The notes beneath the pieces are model-generated. The model did not search any database. It saw only the letters and a program-made list of their open reading frames with translations, and was not told where the DNA came from. This document shows positions 1 to 12,860 of a stretch of DNA of 64,000 nucleotides, in pieces. A program made the position numbers and the translations under genes. Position 1 is the stretch's first letter, and the number at the start of each line of letters is the position of its first letter. The stretch is from Lama glama. Lineage: Eukaryota. The stretch spans positions 108,874,001-108,938,000 of the forward strand of contig CM052817.1 of NCBI GenBank assembly GCA_028534125.1, in the 5' to 3' direction.

Positions 1-153
1 CCCTCCCTTCCCTGATTAGCATGTGTTTGCTTCTGCCCTTTGGAACTCAGGGAAGGTCTAGGGGGCTGGACGAAGCCTAATTCTTACAAAAGAGAAATGG
101 GAACCAGAAAGGATTTGTACCAGGGAGCCCCCCACAGGTCCTGTTCTGGTTCA
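1..153 (-). mobile_element. ERV1-class LTR, partial (cut by window edge)
   Basis: Reverse complement begins TGAACCAGAACAGGACCTGTGGGGGGCTCCC, a TG-initiated start typical of laurasiatherian ERV1 LTRs. Confidence 0.6.
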
Positions 154-226
154 GCCGTTGTTAGATCCCTGAGGAGCCTTAGAAATCTCCCCAGTGTACA
201 AACAGGCTCAAGTGGGACTTGTCTGA

Positions 227-900
227 GATCATCCATCCATTTATTCCATCAATAGTCATATCCACGGGGAGGGGGCAAGGGGAGGGGACAGCTCAGTGGT
301 AGAGTGTGTGCTTAGCATGCACCAAGTCCTGGGTTCAGTCAACTAAAAAAATGCACAAATAAATAAACCTAGTTATCTGCCCCCCAAAATAATTTAAAAA
401 TAAAAATAAATGAATAATAGAACATATCCATCAAGCACCTAGTAGGCTCTTGTCAGGCACCAAAGACGTTATGATGAGCAAAGCAGTCACAGTCCCTGAT
501 GTCTTGGCTCTAAAGGTCTAAAGGGAGAAGAAACGTTAACACGGTATTTACAGAAATAACAAGTAACTACAAGCGTCAGCAGGCAGCCTGAAAGAAAACA
601 AATGAGTCTCTTAGTTTGGATAAAAGGAAAACCTATTACAACATGGAGGAACAGAGAGAGCTTACCTGCGTCGGTAGAAATTTTGCTGACATTTGAGGAG
701 GGTAAGTAAGGAGAAGAGGAATCACATCAAACAAAGTTTGGGGAACTTGGAGGAACAAGGGTGTGATGACCTTGAGGAAGTGACTCAAGGCCTGTGGCTG
801 GAGGACATAGGTGTGGTCTGAGAGGCTAGGGCGTGGGAGAAAAGATATGTGTTTTGAGCAACATATGCCAAAAATTAGGATGAGATCCTAAAATGACTGA
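227..900 (-). mobile_element. L2 LINE 3' fragment, interrupted by a SINE
   Basis: CATCCATCCATTTATTCC..AGCACCTAGTAGG..CAGGCAC..AGTCCCTG resembles the antisense L2 3' end. Confidence 0.6.
266..415 (+). mobile_element. tRNA-derived SINE (camelid vic-1-like)
   Basis: A box AGCTCAGTGG, B box GGTTCAGTC, A-rich tail. Imperfect TSD AATAGTCATATCCA (251-264) / AATAGAACATATCCA (416-430). Confidence 0.9.
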
Positions 901-1055
901 TTTCAAGTTCCCCATGGGCAGAGGACTGGGGGTCAGTAAAAGCCTTGCATCTCTTACTTATGTGAAATGGATAAAATGGGAATTTCCTTCTTGTCTCTGG
1001 ATTTCAAGCAAACCCCAAATCTGAAAACAATGGGCTTAAGGTATCTGTGGATTAT

Positions 1056-1532
1056 AAAAAAGTTGTGGTATATTTATACTATGCATCCATAAAACGAATG
1101 AAATCATGACATTCGCAGTAACACGGATGGATCTGGAGGTCATCATACTAAGTGAAGTAAGTCAGACACAGAAAGAAAAATATCATATGATGTCACTTAT
1201 ATGTGGAATCTAGAAGAAGACACAAATGAACTTTCTTACAAAACAGAAATAGACTCACAGACATAGAAAACAATCTTATGGTTACCAAAGGGGAGAAGGG
1301 GGAAGAGGGATAAATTAGGAGTTGGGATTCACAGATACAAATTCCCATAAACAAAATAGATAAACAAGGTCCTACTGTATAGCACAGGGAACTAAATTCA
1401 GTATCTTGTAATAGCCTATTATGAAAAGGAATATATTATACATATATAATTAACTCACTATGCTGTACACCAGAAATTAACACAAAGTTGTAATTTGACT
1501 ATACTTAATAAAAAAATTAAAAATTAAAAAAA
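1056..1532 (+). mobile_element. L1, 5'-truncated (ORF2 end, 3'UTR, polyA)
   Basis: CTAAGTGAAGTAAGTCAGAC..TGTGGAATCTA..TATAGCACAGGGAAC..AATAAA and A-tail. Confidence 0.93.
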
Positions 1533-4399
1533 TCTGTATTTGTGAAAAAATCACTTTCTATGCATGTAACTGTTGTAAGAACATTCACACACAAGAAGAA
1601 ATTGTTAAAATATAGTTGAAAAGTGATAGATTGAATCTCTAAAAGACACACGTGGTGTATAAGTGTGTGCACACACACACACCAGGATATGTTTATTTCT
1701 TTCAACACCTTCCTTAAACATCTCTAAGCACATTTTTTTCCTTAACGTCAGTGAGATTGGGGCATTTAAAAGAAGTTCTAGAGTTATAAGAAGCAGCTAC
1801 ACATTTGATTTCATGTAATGACGTAGTTAAGATATGAGTATTTGGTCATTCTCTTAAGATGAAGTTCTCAATATTTCATTTAAAGAACACAGTTTTCATA
1901 GTCAGGAGAAGTACACATACTCAGAATATGCTCTGGCTGGTCATTTGTGGAGCATTAATGCTGAAAAATGCAGAGCAACTCACTGGTTTATTTTATGAAA
2001 ATAGAAAAACATCGAGAATAAATATTACTTTCTTTTTATTTCTCAAAATAAAGGTTGGCTTATATTTTCATTTGAGTTAAAGAGGACTTCAATAGAAAGC
2101 CAATTATAACTATGTGGTTAAAATATGAATTATGAGGTCAGCTATGAAGCAATTACTGTGGGTGATTACTTGGTATAAAATCTCTCATCCAAAGATACAA
2201 ATATGTGGGGGGGGGTGTTCTAAAAGCAGAAAAGTTCACCGCAGGTACCTGCTCTTGGCAATGCCATGTAATAAAGTAGTTGGCATTGATTCGTGTTTTC
2301 ATAAACCCTGTGGTTTTCTGCAGGCTTATTAGCAAAGTGGACTCCAAAGTTGCAGATTTAAATGTCTTTCTGAGGGTGAGTGCTTCTCACAACAAAGAAA
2401 CAAGAGCCCCCTTGCTTGTTCAGCAGTGGTTAGACAAGGCTCCCTGTGGGTTTGCCAAAGACGGCAGGGCTAAGATAAAAGTGGCCTCGAGACGCTCGGA
2501 GGTCCTCCACCACCTGCCCAGATTCAGCTTGAACAGTCCTGTCATATTCCACAGCTGGGCTTTCCTCATTGTGAGCTAATGGAACACCCAGATTTGAGCA
2601 GGAATCGTGGTTGTTAACAAGCCCTCCACTGAGAATATATCACCCAAGCCCTGACGGGAATGACAGACGGCGCAAAAGCAGGCCAGGACCCATGCTTCCG
2701 TGAAGCAGAGTTCACTGCCGGGTGTGGGACGCTGTAAAACCCGCTCTGCGGTTTGTTCATTTCAACTGCGACACTCTCATTAGTTATTTTAGCACAACTT
2801 CCCTTTGCTTGTCTTCTGCAGCCTAACATGCAAGCCAAATACTTAATGATTGTTTTTATTCCTTCGACAGAAAGCTTCCATTTTCTCATGTTCTGTTTAG
2901 GCTGTAGCTGGTTGTTTTGGGTTTGTTTTTTTTCTACCACACAGTTCAGGAAAATCACAAACGAATTTTCATAATCATTGATTGTCTACACCATCAAAAC
3001 AAAGCACTCGGAATTTCTAGAGGGTGTGACGGGAAAATGTGAACAAATTATGAGCTTCTCAGCTATTAATTGAGAATCATTAATTAAGAATGAACTTTAT
3101 GCAAGGCTACTATCAGAATCAGATTTTTAAATGATGTAGGAACAATGTTGAATCAATAAAACAAAGATTTGCCTCAGGGCATCTTATAATCTAATTTTTT
3201 ATTTTATTATAGTCTACACTGAAGAGACAAAAACTCGAGTCTTCTAAACTTAGAGCCTTGTACCTCCATCTGATTTCTCCTCAAACTTCATTGACGTAGC
3301 GTGTTCAAGTAGAGAATCATTTCTTTTCAGAAGTGACCAACAGCCCGAAAACCACCACTTCCCCTGAAGTTCAAGGTCCACTAAAATAGCTGATCGGATC
3401 TGGACCTCATGGAAGAGAACTTTTCAGAAAGTCTACCCTCTCCCGTGATGGCGAGCAGATGGGACAGCACCACAGGATCCCCACGTAGGTTTCAGGGATG
3501 GACCAGTTCATGAGGCTGGTGGTACTCAAGACTGGCAGAGCTTCGCCGACTCCGCTGTCTACGACCTTTCCACACAACCCTGCCCTCCAGCTGTTCTCTG
3601 TCCTGTTCTGTTCCTCTCTTCCACTTTAGACTATGTTCCCATCTAGATAAGAACCTACATCAAAAGTGTTCCAGCTGCGTGGGAGAATATATTCCATTTC
3701 ATAATTACACACTGCCAAAAGCACTCTTTGGATTCACTGCACACAGGAATCAGCTGAATGTACCGATCTTCCTCAGGAGTTTAGTGCGACTTTGCTGATG
3801 TATTCAACTCTTGTGCCCTCTAGTTTGGGGTTGATATTTGAAAAATGTGAAAATTGAAGTCTCAGCATGGGGTTACACTGACCCACTTCTGCAATCTAAA
3901 TTTCTTTTCAATGTCTTCCGTGTATACTATTACAGGAATTGATGGAAAACAGAAAATAATCAGACTAACAAGATTTTGATCACATTGTTCCCATATAAGA
4001 GTGTATGTGGCAAGATGTTCTCCTACTGTTATGACATCATAATTCCATATTCAGAAATATGATTTACTGTACATTTATAAAATAAAAAGATTCATCACTA
4101 TGTCCCTTAGGAAGAGAAACCCTTCTTGATTTTGTGCAATTTTGGAAACAATAGAAATGATTACTGCATAACTTAAGTGATTCTGTGACTACTTCTTTCA
4201 AAGTATTGTTAAAGCGTTTATTCAGTAGTAAATTGGGAAATACCATAAGAACCTTCTAAAAATTAGTTATAAATTAGATGACATTATAAAAATATTCCTT
4301 GTGAAGTTTAATGGGGAATTATTCATGTTACATTAGTCTAATCACACTAGAATGAATCCAATTACAGTGACACTAGAAATGTCCCATTTTAAAGTAGTG

Positions 4400-5153
4400 C
4401 TTTTTAGATTCCACATATGAGTGATCTCATACAGTATTTTTCTTTCTCTGTCTGGCTTACTTCGCTTAGAATGACGATCTCCAGGTCCACCCATGTTGCT
4501 GCAAATGGCGTTATTTTATTCTGTTTTATGGCTGAGTACTGTTCCATTGTATAAATATCCCCCATCTTCTTTATCTAGTCATCTGTCAATGGACATTTAG
4601 GCTGTTTCCATGTCTTGGCTATTGTAAATAGTGCTGCTATGAACATTGGGGTGCAGGTGTCTTTTTGAATTAGAATTTCCATTCTGGATATATGCCCAGG
4701 AGTGGGATTGCTGGATCATACGGTAGCTCTATTTTTAGTTTTTTGAGGAAAAACAAAAAAAAGAGGACACTAATGAACTCATCTACAAAAGAAACAGACT
4801 TGCAGATGCAGTAGATAATCTTATGGTTACCAGGGAAAACGGAGTGGGAGGGGATAAATTTGAGAGCTTGAGATTTGCAAATGTTAACCACTATATATAA
4901 AAATAGATAAAAAAGCAAATTTCTTCTGTGTAGCCCAGGGAACTATATTTAATACCTTGTAATAACCTTTAATGAAAAATAATATGAATATAAATATATG
5001 TATGTATATGTATGTCTGAGACATTGTGCTGTACACCAGAAACTGACACACTGTAACTGACTGTACTTCAATATAAATGAATGAATGAATGAATGAATGA
5101 ATGAATGAATAAATAAATAAATAAATGAATGAATGAATGAATGAATAAATAAA
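4400..5153 (+). mobile_element. L1 with 5' inversion (twin priming)
   Basis: 4400-4748 is antisense ORF2 end (ELPYDPAIPLLGIYP). 4749-5153 is sense 3'UTR continuing from the same GGAATCTAAAAA point. Flanks AAAGTAGTGCTTTT / AAAATAGTCCTTTT. Confidence 0.92.
5073..5153 (+). repeat. (AATG)n/(AAAT)n compound microsatellite in L1 tail
   Basis: Directly visible. Confidence 0.95.
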
Positions 5154-6647
5154 ATAGTCCTTTTAATGCTTATTCTCCAAACTGGCCACAAATATTTATA
5201 AACTCTTCTGGCTGACTTTCCTGTTGACTCAACAATAAATGAACAAGTAGAAGCTTATTTTGAAGGAGACAAGTCTTGTGTTTATAAAATGTACCCAACA
5301 AGCTCTTGTAAACATAAAAGGGGTATAAATCAGACACAAATAAGGAACAGTAGGTCCATACTTAGGACAGAGCCCCTCACTGGAACACACGTTTTAAAAT
5401 TTGGCCAGTCACAAAGTATTATCGCCCATATGGTCGTCACTGAGTATTCCCTCAGAAAGATATTTTAACATCTTTCTTGATATTCCTCTTGCTATTTTTT
5501 GGTAGGAGGAACAACTTATTGTAATTAATACAGGCATTGTCACTGTGGTTGGTGCCAGACAATTTGCAGGTCTGCATATGAAGTAAAATTGTAACATCAT
5601 CAGGAAATTATGAGATGAAATAAACTTTCTAATTATGTTTTAGCCATGAAATGTAATTTCCTTTCATTCTTAGAAGAGTTTAATGAAGATGTAGGGAGGA
5701 AAGCCAATAGCCATCAATATTAGGTCAATAACTGATCTAATTATGTATCTAATACCTAAATAGTTTATAATTTCTAAATGTCTATCATGAATTGCTAGCA
5801 AGCATAGACATCTGAGAAATTTAAAAAGTGACTTACTCTAAAATCACTATTTTTTTTAAATTTCTTTATTCCTGAACTACTGAAGTTGAGGTTTTATAGT
5901 TTTCATTTTTAGAATAAAATATGTGTATTGTGACCGATGTAATGTTTAATAGGGAAACTCCATTAGAATTGAATTTGACTCATATGCGCGTGTGTGTATG
6001 TGACACAAATACGAATGGTGACTGCACAGGCTTTGAAATCTGACCTTTGCTGGGGATACTGACTGCCCGGTCAGCATCTGCGCAAAGGGTAATAGTGTGC
6101 AATAGCCTTTTACTGAATGACTGCAAACATTGTGCAAGAAATAGCAATCACTCAGGACACATTAACTGTCGTGCTGGTGGCGGTCATTTAGACTGAGATG
6201 AAGGGGAAACTGCGATACACCTACAGATCGCTGCTTCTCATTTTAGATCTTTTTCTATTTTTTATTTTTCTGATCACACATATTTACCATTTGATTACTG
6301 AGTACTCATTAACTAGACCTGCCACGGTGCCCAAGCATTGATTCCTTAACTCCCCACCACCTCCCCCCACATTCAGGGTGGGCCCTTGGTTTTCCAAGAC
6401 ATCAGACCGATTGGGCTGGAAGACTCCAGACCATTCCAGTAACTCTGTTCCAGTGGCCGAGGCACACTTGCTCACCTCCTTCTGGCTGAAGCTGTGCTTT
6501 TAGCGCTGAGATCCCTGTAGGCTGCCAAGTCGGTGTCGCCTCACTCACATCCCCTGTCCCAGGACCAGGAAGACTTCTGTGGGGTGGGAGCAAAGGTTAG
6601 TCACAGGCAGAGAGATGTGGTCTGTCTCTCTGGGACCAGCTAAGCTC

Positions 6648-6660
6648 AGGAAACGAAACC
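6648..6660 (+). promoter_or_regulatory. Candidate ISRE/IRF element AGGAAACGAAACC
   Basis: Matches the OAS1-type ISRE core as recalled. Motif match only. Confidence 0.3.
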
Positions 6661-7829
6661 GGGACCATTACTGGTGTGGACAGTGAGCAAAGCCAAGATT
6701 CAGAGCAAACCACTGAGAGAGACAGAGCAAGAGATTAAAGAATGTGGGTCTGGGAGGCCCCCCAGGCAGAGACTTGCAGGCTGAAGAACCCTTTCAGGGA
6801 GCCCTTTGGAACCCAGAAGAGCATGCCCTCCTTCTGGTCCTCCTGCAAGAGTCAAGCCCACTCAGCCTTCGTCTTTGAAATGCTGACCTCTGACCTCTCA
6901 GGCTGTTTAAAGTTTTAAATCTCCCTCATGCAGACCCTCATCACCGGCTTCAGAAGCCAGTTTCCTCCTTCAGTGTCTCTGCTTGGAAACTCAGCTTCTG
7001 AGGCTGCCTGGCCATTTTGGTCCCAACTGTGAATTCCCAAGTCTAACTCTCTTCTGTGTACCCAGAGCTCATCCCTGGATGTCTGTCTGTTTGCTATTAT
7101 GATTTTTGTTCCAATGACCTTTCACATAAGGACCTGGCTCTTCTTTTCTTCTGTCACTTCCCCTTCAAGACGCTGCAATCCTGGGAGGGTCTCCTCAGGG
7201 TTTGGAGTTGGCATCTGCTTCAGAGTTCCGATTCCTAGAATAGTCCGCACCACGTTCTCCATCACCATGTCTCTCTCGTTGTTGGGGTTTCCCAGACACT
7301 CCTCCTCCTGACCACGTATGTCATTCTTTACTTTCTTTTGTAATCATCTGACTTTCTGTCACCTGCATTTCCCATTGGATCACATTCCCCAATGCCTGCT
7401 TATCTGCTGCCCAGCTCTTTGGGCTCTAAAATATAGAGACTTGCTGCAGGAGGTTCAAGCAAACGAGGATTTAGGAATATGTCTGCCTAAGCAACTGTAA
7501 CTATTGGGTCAAACAGAATCAACGTATCCATGCGGACAGAATCACCCATCAGTTCTGTGTGAGCCACCTAATCTTTTCTGTTCCTGTCTCATCAGTTTCC
7601 CTGCATACCTTCACCTGCTCACATGTGTTATTCACTCCCTTGTAATTTGGCTCCTATTTCACTTTGGCTCCTTAGAGTCCCCTCCTTCCTCATAACTGTT
7701 TTGTTTCAACTCTCTCTTCACGTTGACGAAACTCTTGGTATGTTTCTCAGTTCAAATACATGACCACTAGGTAAGATTGTCCAACTGCATTTCCTATTGG
7801 GTCACAGATAATAGGTTATAGGTAAGAGA

Positions 7830-7950
7830 TTCAGTCTATTAAATTGGCTAAGCGTGGATCAGGTGTAGAACACTGGACCAACTGGTTGTAAAAAGGGAAA
7901 GGCAGTGTCAGAGACCACAACATGGCTACTAGACCCCCTGCCTCTGCAGG
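7830..7950. mobile_element. MLT1-like (ERVL-MaLR) LTR fragment
   Basis: GGATCAGGTGT..TGGACCAACTGGTTGT..AACATGGCTAC resembles the old MLT1 consensus. Confidence 0.45.
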
Positions 7951-9885
7951 GCATGAGGGCCGGGTGGGGACCGTGGCATCTCAAGTATACTGTTTCCTGG
8001 TGGCATTTATTTCTGCATCTCTGAATCCCAAGAACTGACAGAAAGCACATTTTCAAGCCTTATAACATCATACAAGGAAACTTATATAATTCCATTCTTT
8101 TTAGCCATCAGTTTGATCCCAATTTTCAAGAACTGCTATTCAGATATTCAGGAAGATTTACTCTAAGCAGTTATTATGTAGATAAAAAATGATTGAAGTC
8201 AATCCATGTCTTTGAAAATAATTATTCAAACACCAAGAAAAGCTAGATTTATTTGTAAGTAATTCTCTAAAGTGAACAGCAGCAGGAAGCCTGGCTCCTA
8301 CAATTTTTTTTTTTCTGCTAAATGTGAAAGATTTGCATGTTACATAATCCATTATCTTTTAAAGGCTCTTAGATGAAGAAAGAGAAATACCTCAGAAGCC
8401 AAATTTTCTTCCATTTTACAGATAGAGACTTACGAGACAAACTTTAATGAGGAAAATACGCCAAAAATTGGATTTTGAGTGTCAGAAAAGTCTCTGTAAA
8501 ATTCCCTTGAGAATAAGCACAGAATGCCATCGTTTGGCAGGAAATTTTCACATCTTTTAGCTCTTTATTAAATTTTGAAATGCAGATAAAAGCATCAAAA
8601 TTGAGATTAAAAACTGCTTAAGAAAAAAAATTATTTAAACTAGTTTAAAATAGACCAGTTAAAATAAATATTGTTATAATTTGCACACGTTTTGCTCAAC
8701 TCCCAGGGAATCTATTTTCAATACTTTTTCGCACTGATTATATTTTATAATGAAGCTTTTCGATGCTGATTCACCAGGTGTCAAAGGAATAGCTAATTGC
8801 ATACATAAATTCTCCGGCTTCTAAGGGAGCCTGCAAGGGAAAACATGAGATTCGCAGGAAATTCCTTTCTTGCAGGGTCGTGGCTTAAAGCAAGGGCAGG
8901 CGTCTATTTGGAAGGTTGTAGAATTGCCTTTATCTTAATCAATGGCCTCACTGAGAAACGCTCCAAAAATCATATCAAATTCAATATTACGTGTGAAGTT
9001 GAGATGCTGTCAAGGCTGTTGTCTGCTGCTCCTTGCTGCGCATCCTCCCGGTGTTCTGAGTAACTGCTTGGCCTCCATCTGTCTTGTTCCTAGGCGACCC
9101 GGGGCCAGAAGCGAGGTCCTCCCGCAGAAACGGCAGGAGACCCCGTGCGCGTCTGTGCGCGTTCACCACACTGGCTGACGCGCGAGCCCCACTCCCGCCT
9201 TCATCTGGCCTTGCCCCCTCTTTACTTTGAGATTTGAAAGCCAGTGCGCATCCTTTACGGAAGAAAAGGGTAAATAATTAAATACACCGGAAGCTGGAAG
9301 TGTGGCAAGAACATAGCCAAGGACTTGTGCTCCTTCGCGTTGAGGACCAAATTTTGGGGCAGATGGGTTAGTGAGGCCCATGGGTGAACACAGCCTCAGT
9401 CACACCGTTAGTATCGGAATAGCTGAAAAGCTGCTTTACTCTCCTAGGATGACAGAGATGCCATTAAAGAAGCTGGGCTCACAGTTTATACGGCTTGCCA
9501 AGAATAACTGGGAGCCTACTGTCTAAACGCTGCTCGCAGGGGGACCCAGCCTGGCTTCCTGGAAGAACACACCTGACCAAAACCAGCATGGACCGCCACA
9601 TCAGCTCTTACTTTCTACAATAATTCTTCAAATTCGTGTGAAATTTCCTTGTACGACTGGTTTGGGAAATACCTGAAAAGAAGTTCCACCTAATTCATTC
9701 AGAATAATTGACGGAGATGTATTGGAATTGGAAAGAACAAAAGATTACGGAATATGTCATGGAAACAGAATTATATTATTGCGAAGCACTTATGGGAACA
9801 GGACTCACAAGCCAGAAGCAAATTGCCAGATACAGGTTCTATGATACTATGCCTTACCAGAGACGTGTTTTTTAAAAAATTTTTT

Positions 9886-10012
9886 TTAATTTTTTTGCAG
9901 GGGAGGGAGGTAGTTTGTTTTTGTTTTTGTTTTTAATGGAGGTATTGGGGATTGAACCCAAGACCTTGTGCGTGCTAAGCACATAATCTACCACTTGAGT
10001 TCGCCCTTCCCC
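9886..10012 (-). mobile_element. vic-1-like SINE
   Basis: TGGAGGTATTGGGGATTGAACCCAAGACCTTGTGCGTGCTAAGCAC..CTACCACT..CCCTTCCCC is an antisense SINE body with T-rich tail. Confidence 0.9.
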
Positions 10013-10029
10013 TTAAAATTTTACAATTC

Positions 10030-10176
10030 TTTTTGGGGGTAGGGATTTAGTTTTGGGGTTTTCTTTGTTTTGTTTCTTGTTTTGTTTTTAATTTTATTGT
10101 TTTGTTTTGTTTTATTTTGAGTCCAGGACTTTGTGCATGCTAAGCATGTGCTCTACCACTAAGCTATAATTACCCT
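10030..10176 (-). mobile_element. vic-1-like SINE (degenerate)
   Basis: CCAGGACTTTGTGCATGCTAAGCATGTGCTCTACCACTAAGCTATA antisense head with T-rich tail. Confidence 0.85.
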
Positions 10177-11789
10177 TAATTTTTTTTTAGGTTTATGAAT
10201 AGTCATGGTGAATATTCTTTAATATATTAAAAATATCTTATTTTTTGATACACAACACACTTTCCCTTTGTTTTTATCTTTTATTTATTTTTATTACTCT
10301 GTCAACAAGCTCTGTAAACCTCACCACAGCTTCATCTGAATTACTCCAAGGCTCAGATTTCATGGAGGCTAAAAAAAAAATACACATATTGTATCACGAA
10401 GGCTGTTTATGGTCTACTGGTGTGAAATATGCTGAAAAACGAGTGTTTGAATCTCTGATGAATTATCTTCCTAATGATTCACCTTGACATGCGATGTATG
10501 ATGTTAAGTGAGGCTACGTGGAATTCACTCCTTGGCATTCTGCTGTCATTATTCAAAACCAGAAGTGCTGGAAGTCTTCCCAGAAGTAAGGCTTTGGGAG
10601 AGCAGGTGGATTCGTAAAAGGAAAGCCTGTGTGTGGGGGACGATGGGTGTTCAAGGATAACTCTTGTTAAAACACCGCTGCGTGCTTTTCATGTCACTCT
10701 CACCAGCTGGCTGGGAAACCACACAAAGACTGTCTGTTTCATGCTCCGGAGCAGACTCAAAATATTTATCAAGCCTTCCCCAAACCATACACATAACTCG
10801 CTGAATGTCTAGACAGGAATAATTAGTACTTAAAGGGAAGGATAACTTATGATGAATTGTGAACAGAGGTGACTGCTGATTCAATGCCTTAGATGTTTTG
10901 ATCTTGAAGTTCCATGAAAAACAGCGGTTTCCGGAGCTGGTCTGACCCCAAAGATTCGATTTTCACTCTGTCGCATTGAGCTTTCCCTCCTTGTTCCCAG
11001 CCTGCGATGCCACATCTAGTTCATTTGCTTGCTGTCACCACCCCTACCCCGGGACTTGCCTGTCTCCTCTGGAACATTGCATTTCATTTGCTTTAATGGG
11101 GACTCTCTTTCCACCCCATGTGGCTGATCATTTGTCTGACTTCCTTCAAAATGCATTCCCTGCAGCCCACCCTGCCTGGGGGTCTTTCCATAATTGGACG
11201 CCTCACTCTGTCCATCTGAACGATACACAGACACCTCGGCTCCCCACCAGCAGATAAGTTGGTCAGGATACTCTCCATGTGTGCTTCCTGCATTTGTGAT
11301 GGTAAATGTCTCTAAGTTTAAAAGTCAAATCTCTGTACAAATCCAGACTGCAATCGATGTAAACTATTTTGATTTCTGTATGATAGTTATCTTCAGGTAT
11401 TTAATTTTCCCGTTTGTTGGCCCCATAAGTTAAATGAATATGAGAAGTATTATACAGAAGATTTCTAGAGCAAGTAAGTCCCAAAAGCCTGAATTAAACG
11501 ATATAAGATGGCTTCCTTTTCCGCAGTACATCTTGGAGCGCTCCATGCGCTGTGATACAGAACTCTTTTAAGCAGGGCTATGAAATACAGTATTTTCCAA
11601 ACCTGTGTAACCGTGAAAATTATTTTGAAAACATGTTTTGTAAGGTATCATTGGACCACTTTGGAAAGCGTTATGTTAGGTAAACGGGGCCCTTCCGTTG
11701 ACGGTACCAGGAGTAAGACGTAGCGTGTGCTATGGTTTTGCAGGTTATTCAGTTATTTTTCAAGCAGTGTCGTTTCACAGAGTCACCTG

Positions 11790-11925
11790 GTGAGGTCTTC
11801 ATGATCACCTCGCACAGCTTGTCTCAGAGTCATTAAAGACCTTGCCAATTTCACACAAGTAGTGATAGTGTTAATAATTCTCAGACCCTGGGCATTGAAT
11901 TCCAGTGCTGGTCCCATCTGCATGT
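11790..11925 (-). mobile_element. MIR fragment
   Basis: CTCAGAG..TTAAAGACCTTGCCAATTTCACACAAGTAGT resembles the MIR core. Confidence 0.4.
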
Positions 11926-12614
11926 TTGCCACCACTCAGCCTGCAGGGGCGTGAAATCAGCCCTGAGAAAATTGCTGTAAAGCCCACCATCCTGAAAGAT
12001 TAAAAATATTGTCACCGTGGATACAGAGGCTCAAGCGGTGACAGATTTGTAGTCGGTAAGTTTCACTGACATTTTCTGGATCTTAATAGACAACATTTTA
12101 ATAAAAATAAAGCTCATTTTGACTCTGAAACAAGTGGAAGAGAATACAATTCTAACGGGAACAACTAAGATGTAACGGATGAACAAGATTAGGGTATGTG
12201 ACTTTCTGTGGTAAAGATACTGTTCCAACCCACATTGACCTTTGAAATTTTATATCCTCTGTACTTCCTTCCCTGTTAGTTTACTATCTTAGCCAAACTG
12301 AAGTAAGTTGTACTCATTTCTAGAAACATGGTCTAAATTTTGAGTGAATGGTATACAACACTGAATAAAGTAAAATACAGCCAATTTTGGTTGAAAGTAA
12401 CCTACAGTCTTGAAAAGAAACACACATATACAAACATAAAGCATATATATTTAGTTTATACGAAGAAAAAGTCATGTTGTTTGTGTATGTGTGTTGATAG
12501 TAATAACTACTTTTGGCCTGAAATTATCAAACTTAAGTATGCCACAATACCAAAAGGCATAAAAAGTCACTCCCATTTACTAAGGTATGTTAGCTCATCA
12601 CATTAAAATTCTAG

Positions 12615-12860
12615 TTTTGCAGATACTAACTAATATACATAAAACAGATAAACAGCAAGTTCACACTGTAGAGCACAGGGAACTATATTCAGTATCTTGT
12701 GAGAGCCCATAATGGAAAAGACTGCGAAAGGGAGACCATGTGTGCACATGTATGACCGAGCCATGAGGCTGTACGCCGGAAATCGACACCACGTTGTAAA
12801 CTGACTACACTGCAATAAAATAAATAAATAAACAAAATAAAATAAAATAAATAAATAAAG
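12615..12860 (+). mobile_element. L1 3'UTR fragment with A-rich tail
   Basis: AGCACAGGGAACTATATTCAGTATCTTGT..GTAAACTGACTAC..AATAAA followed by (AAAT)n. Confidence 0.9.

Noticed and set aside
978..987. NF-kB sites (also 15944, 19619, 57657)
   Set aside because: A few matches to this degenerate 10-mer are expected by chance in 64 kb, and they are not clustered.
11939..12061. Coding exon ending at CG|GTAAGT
   Set aside because: All three frames contain stops and the acceptor is weak.
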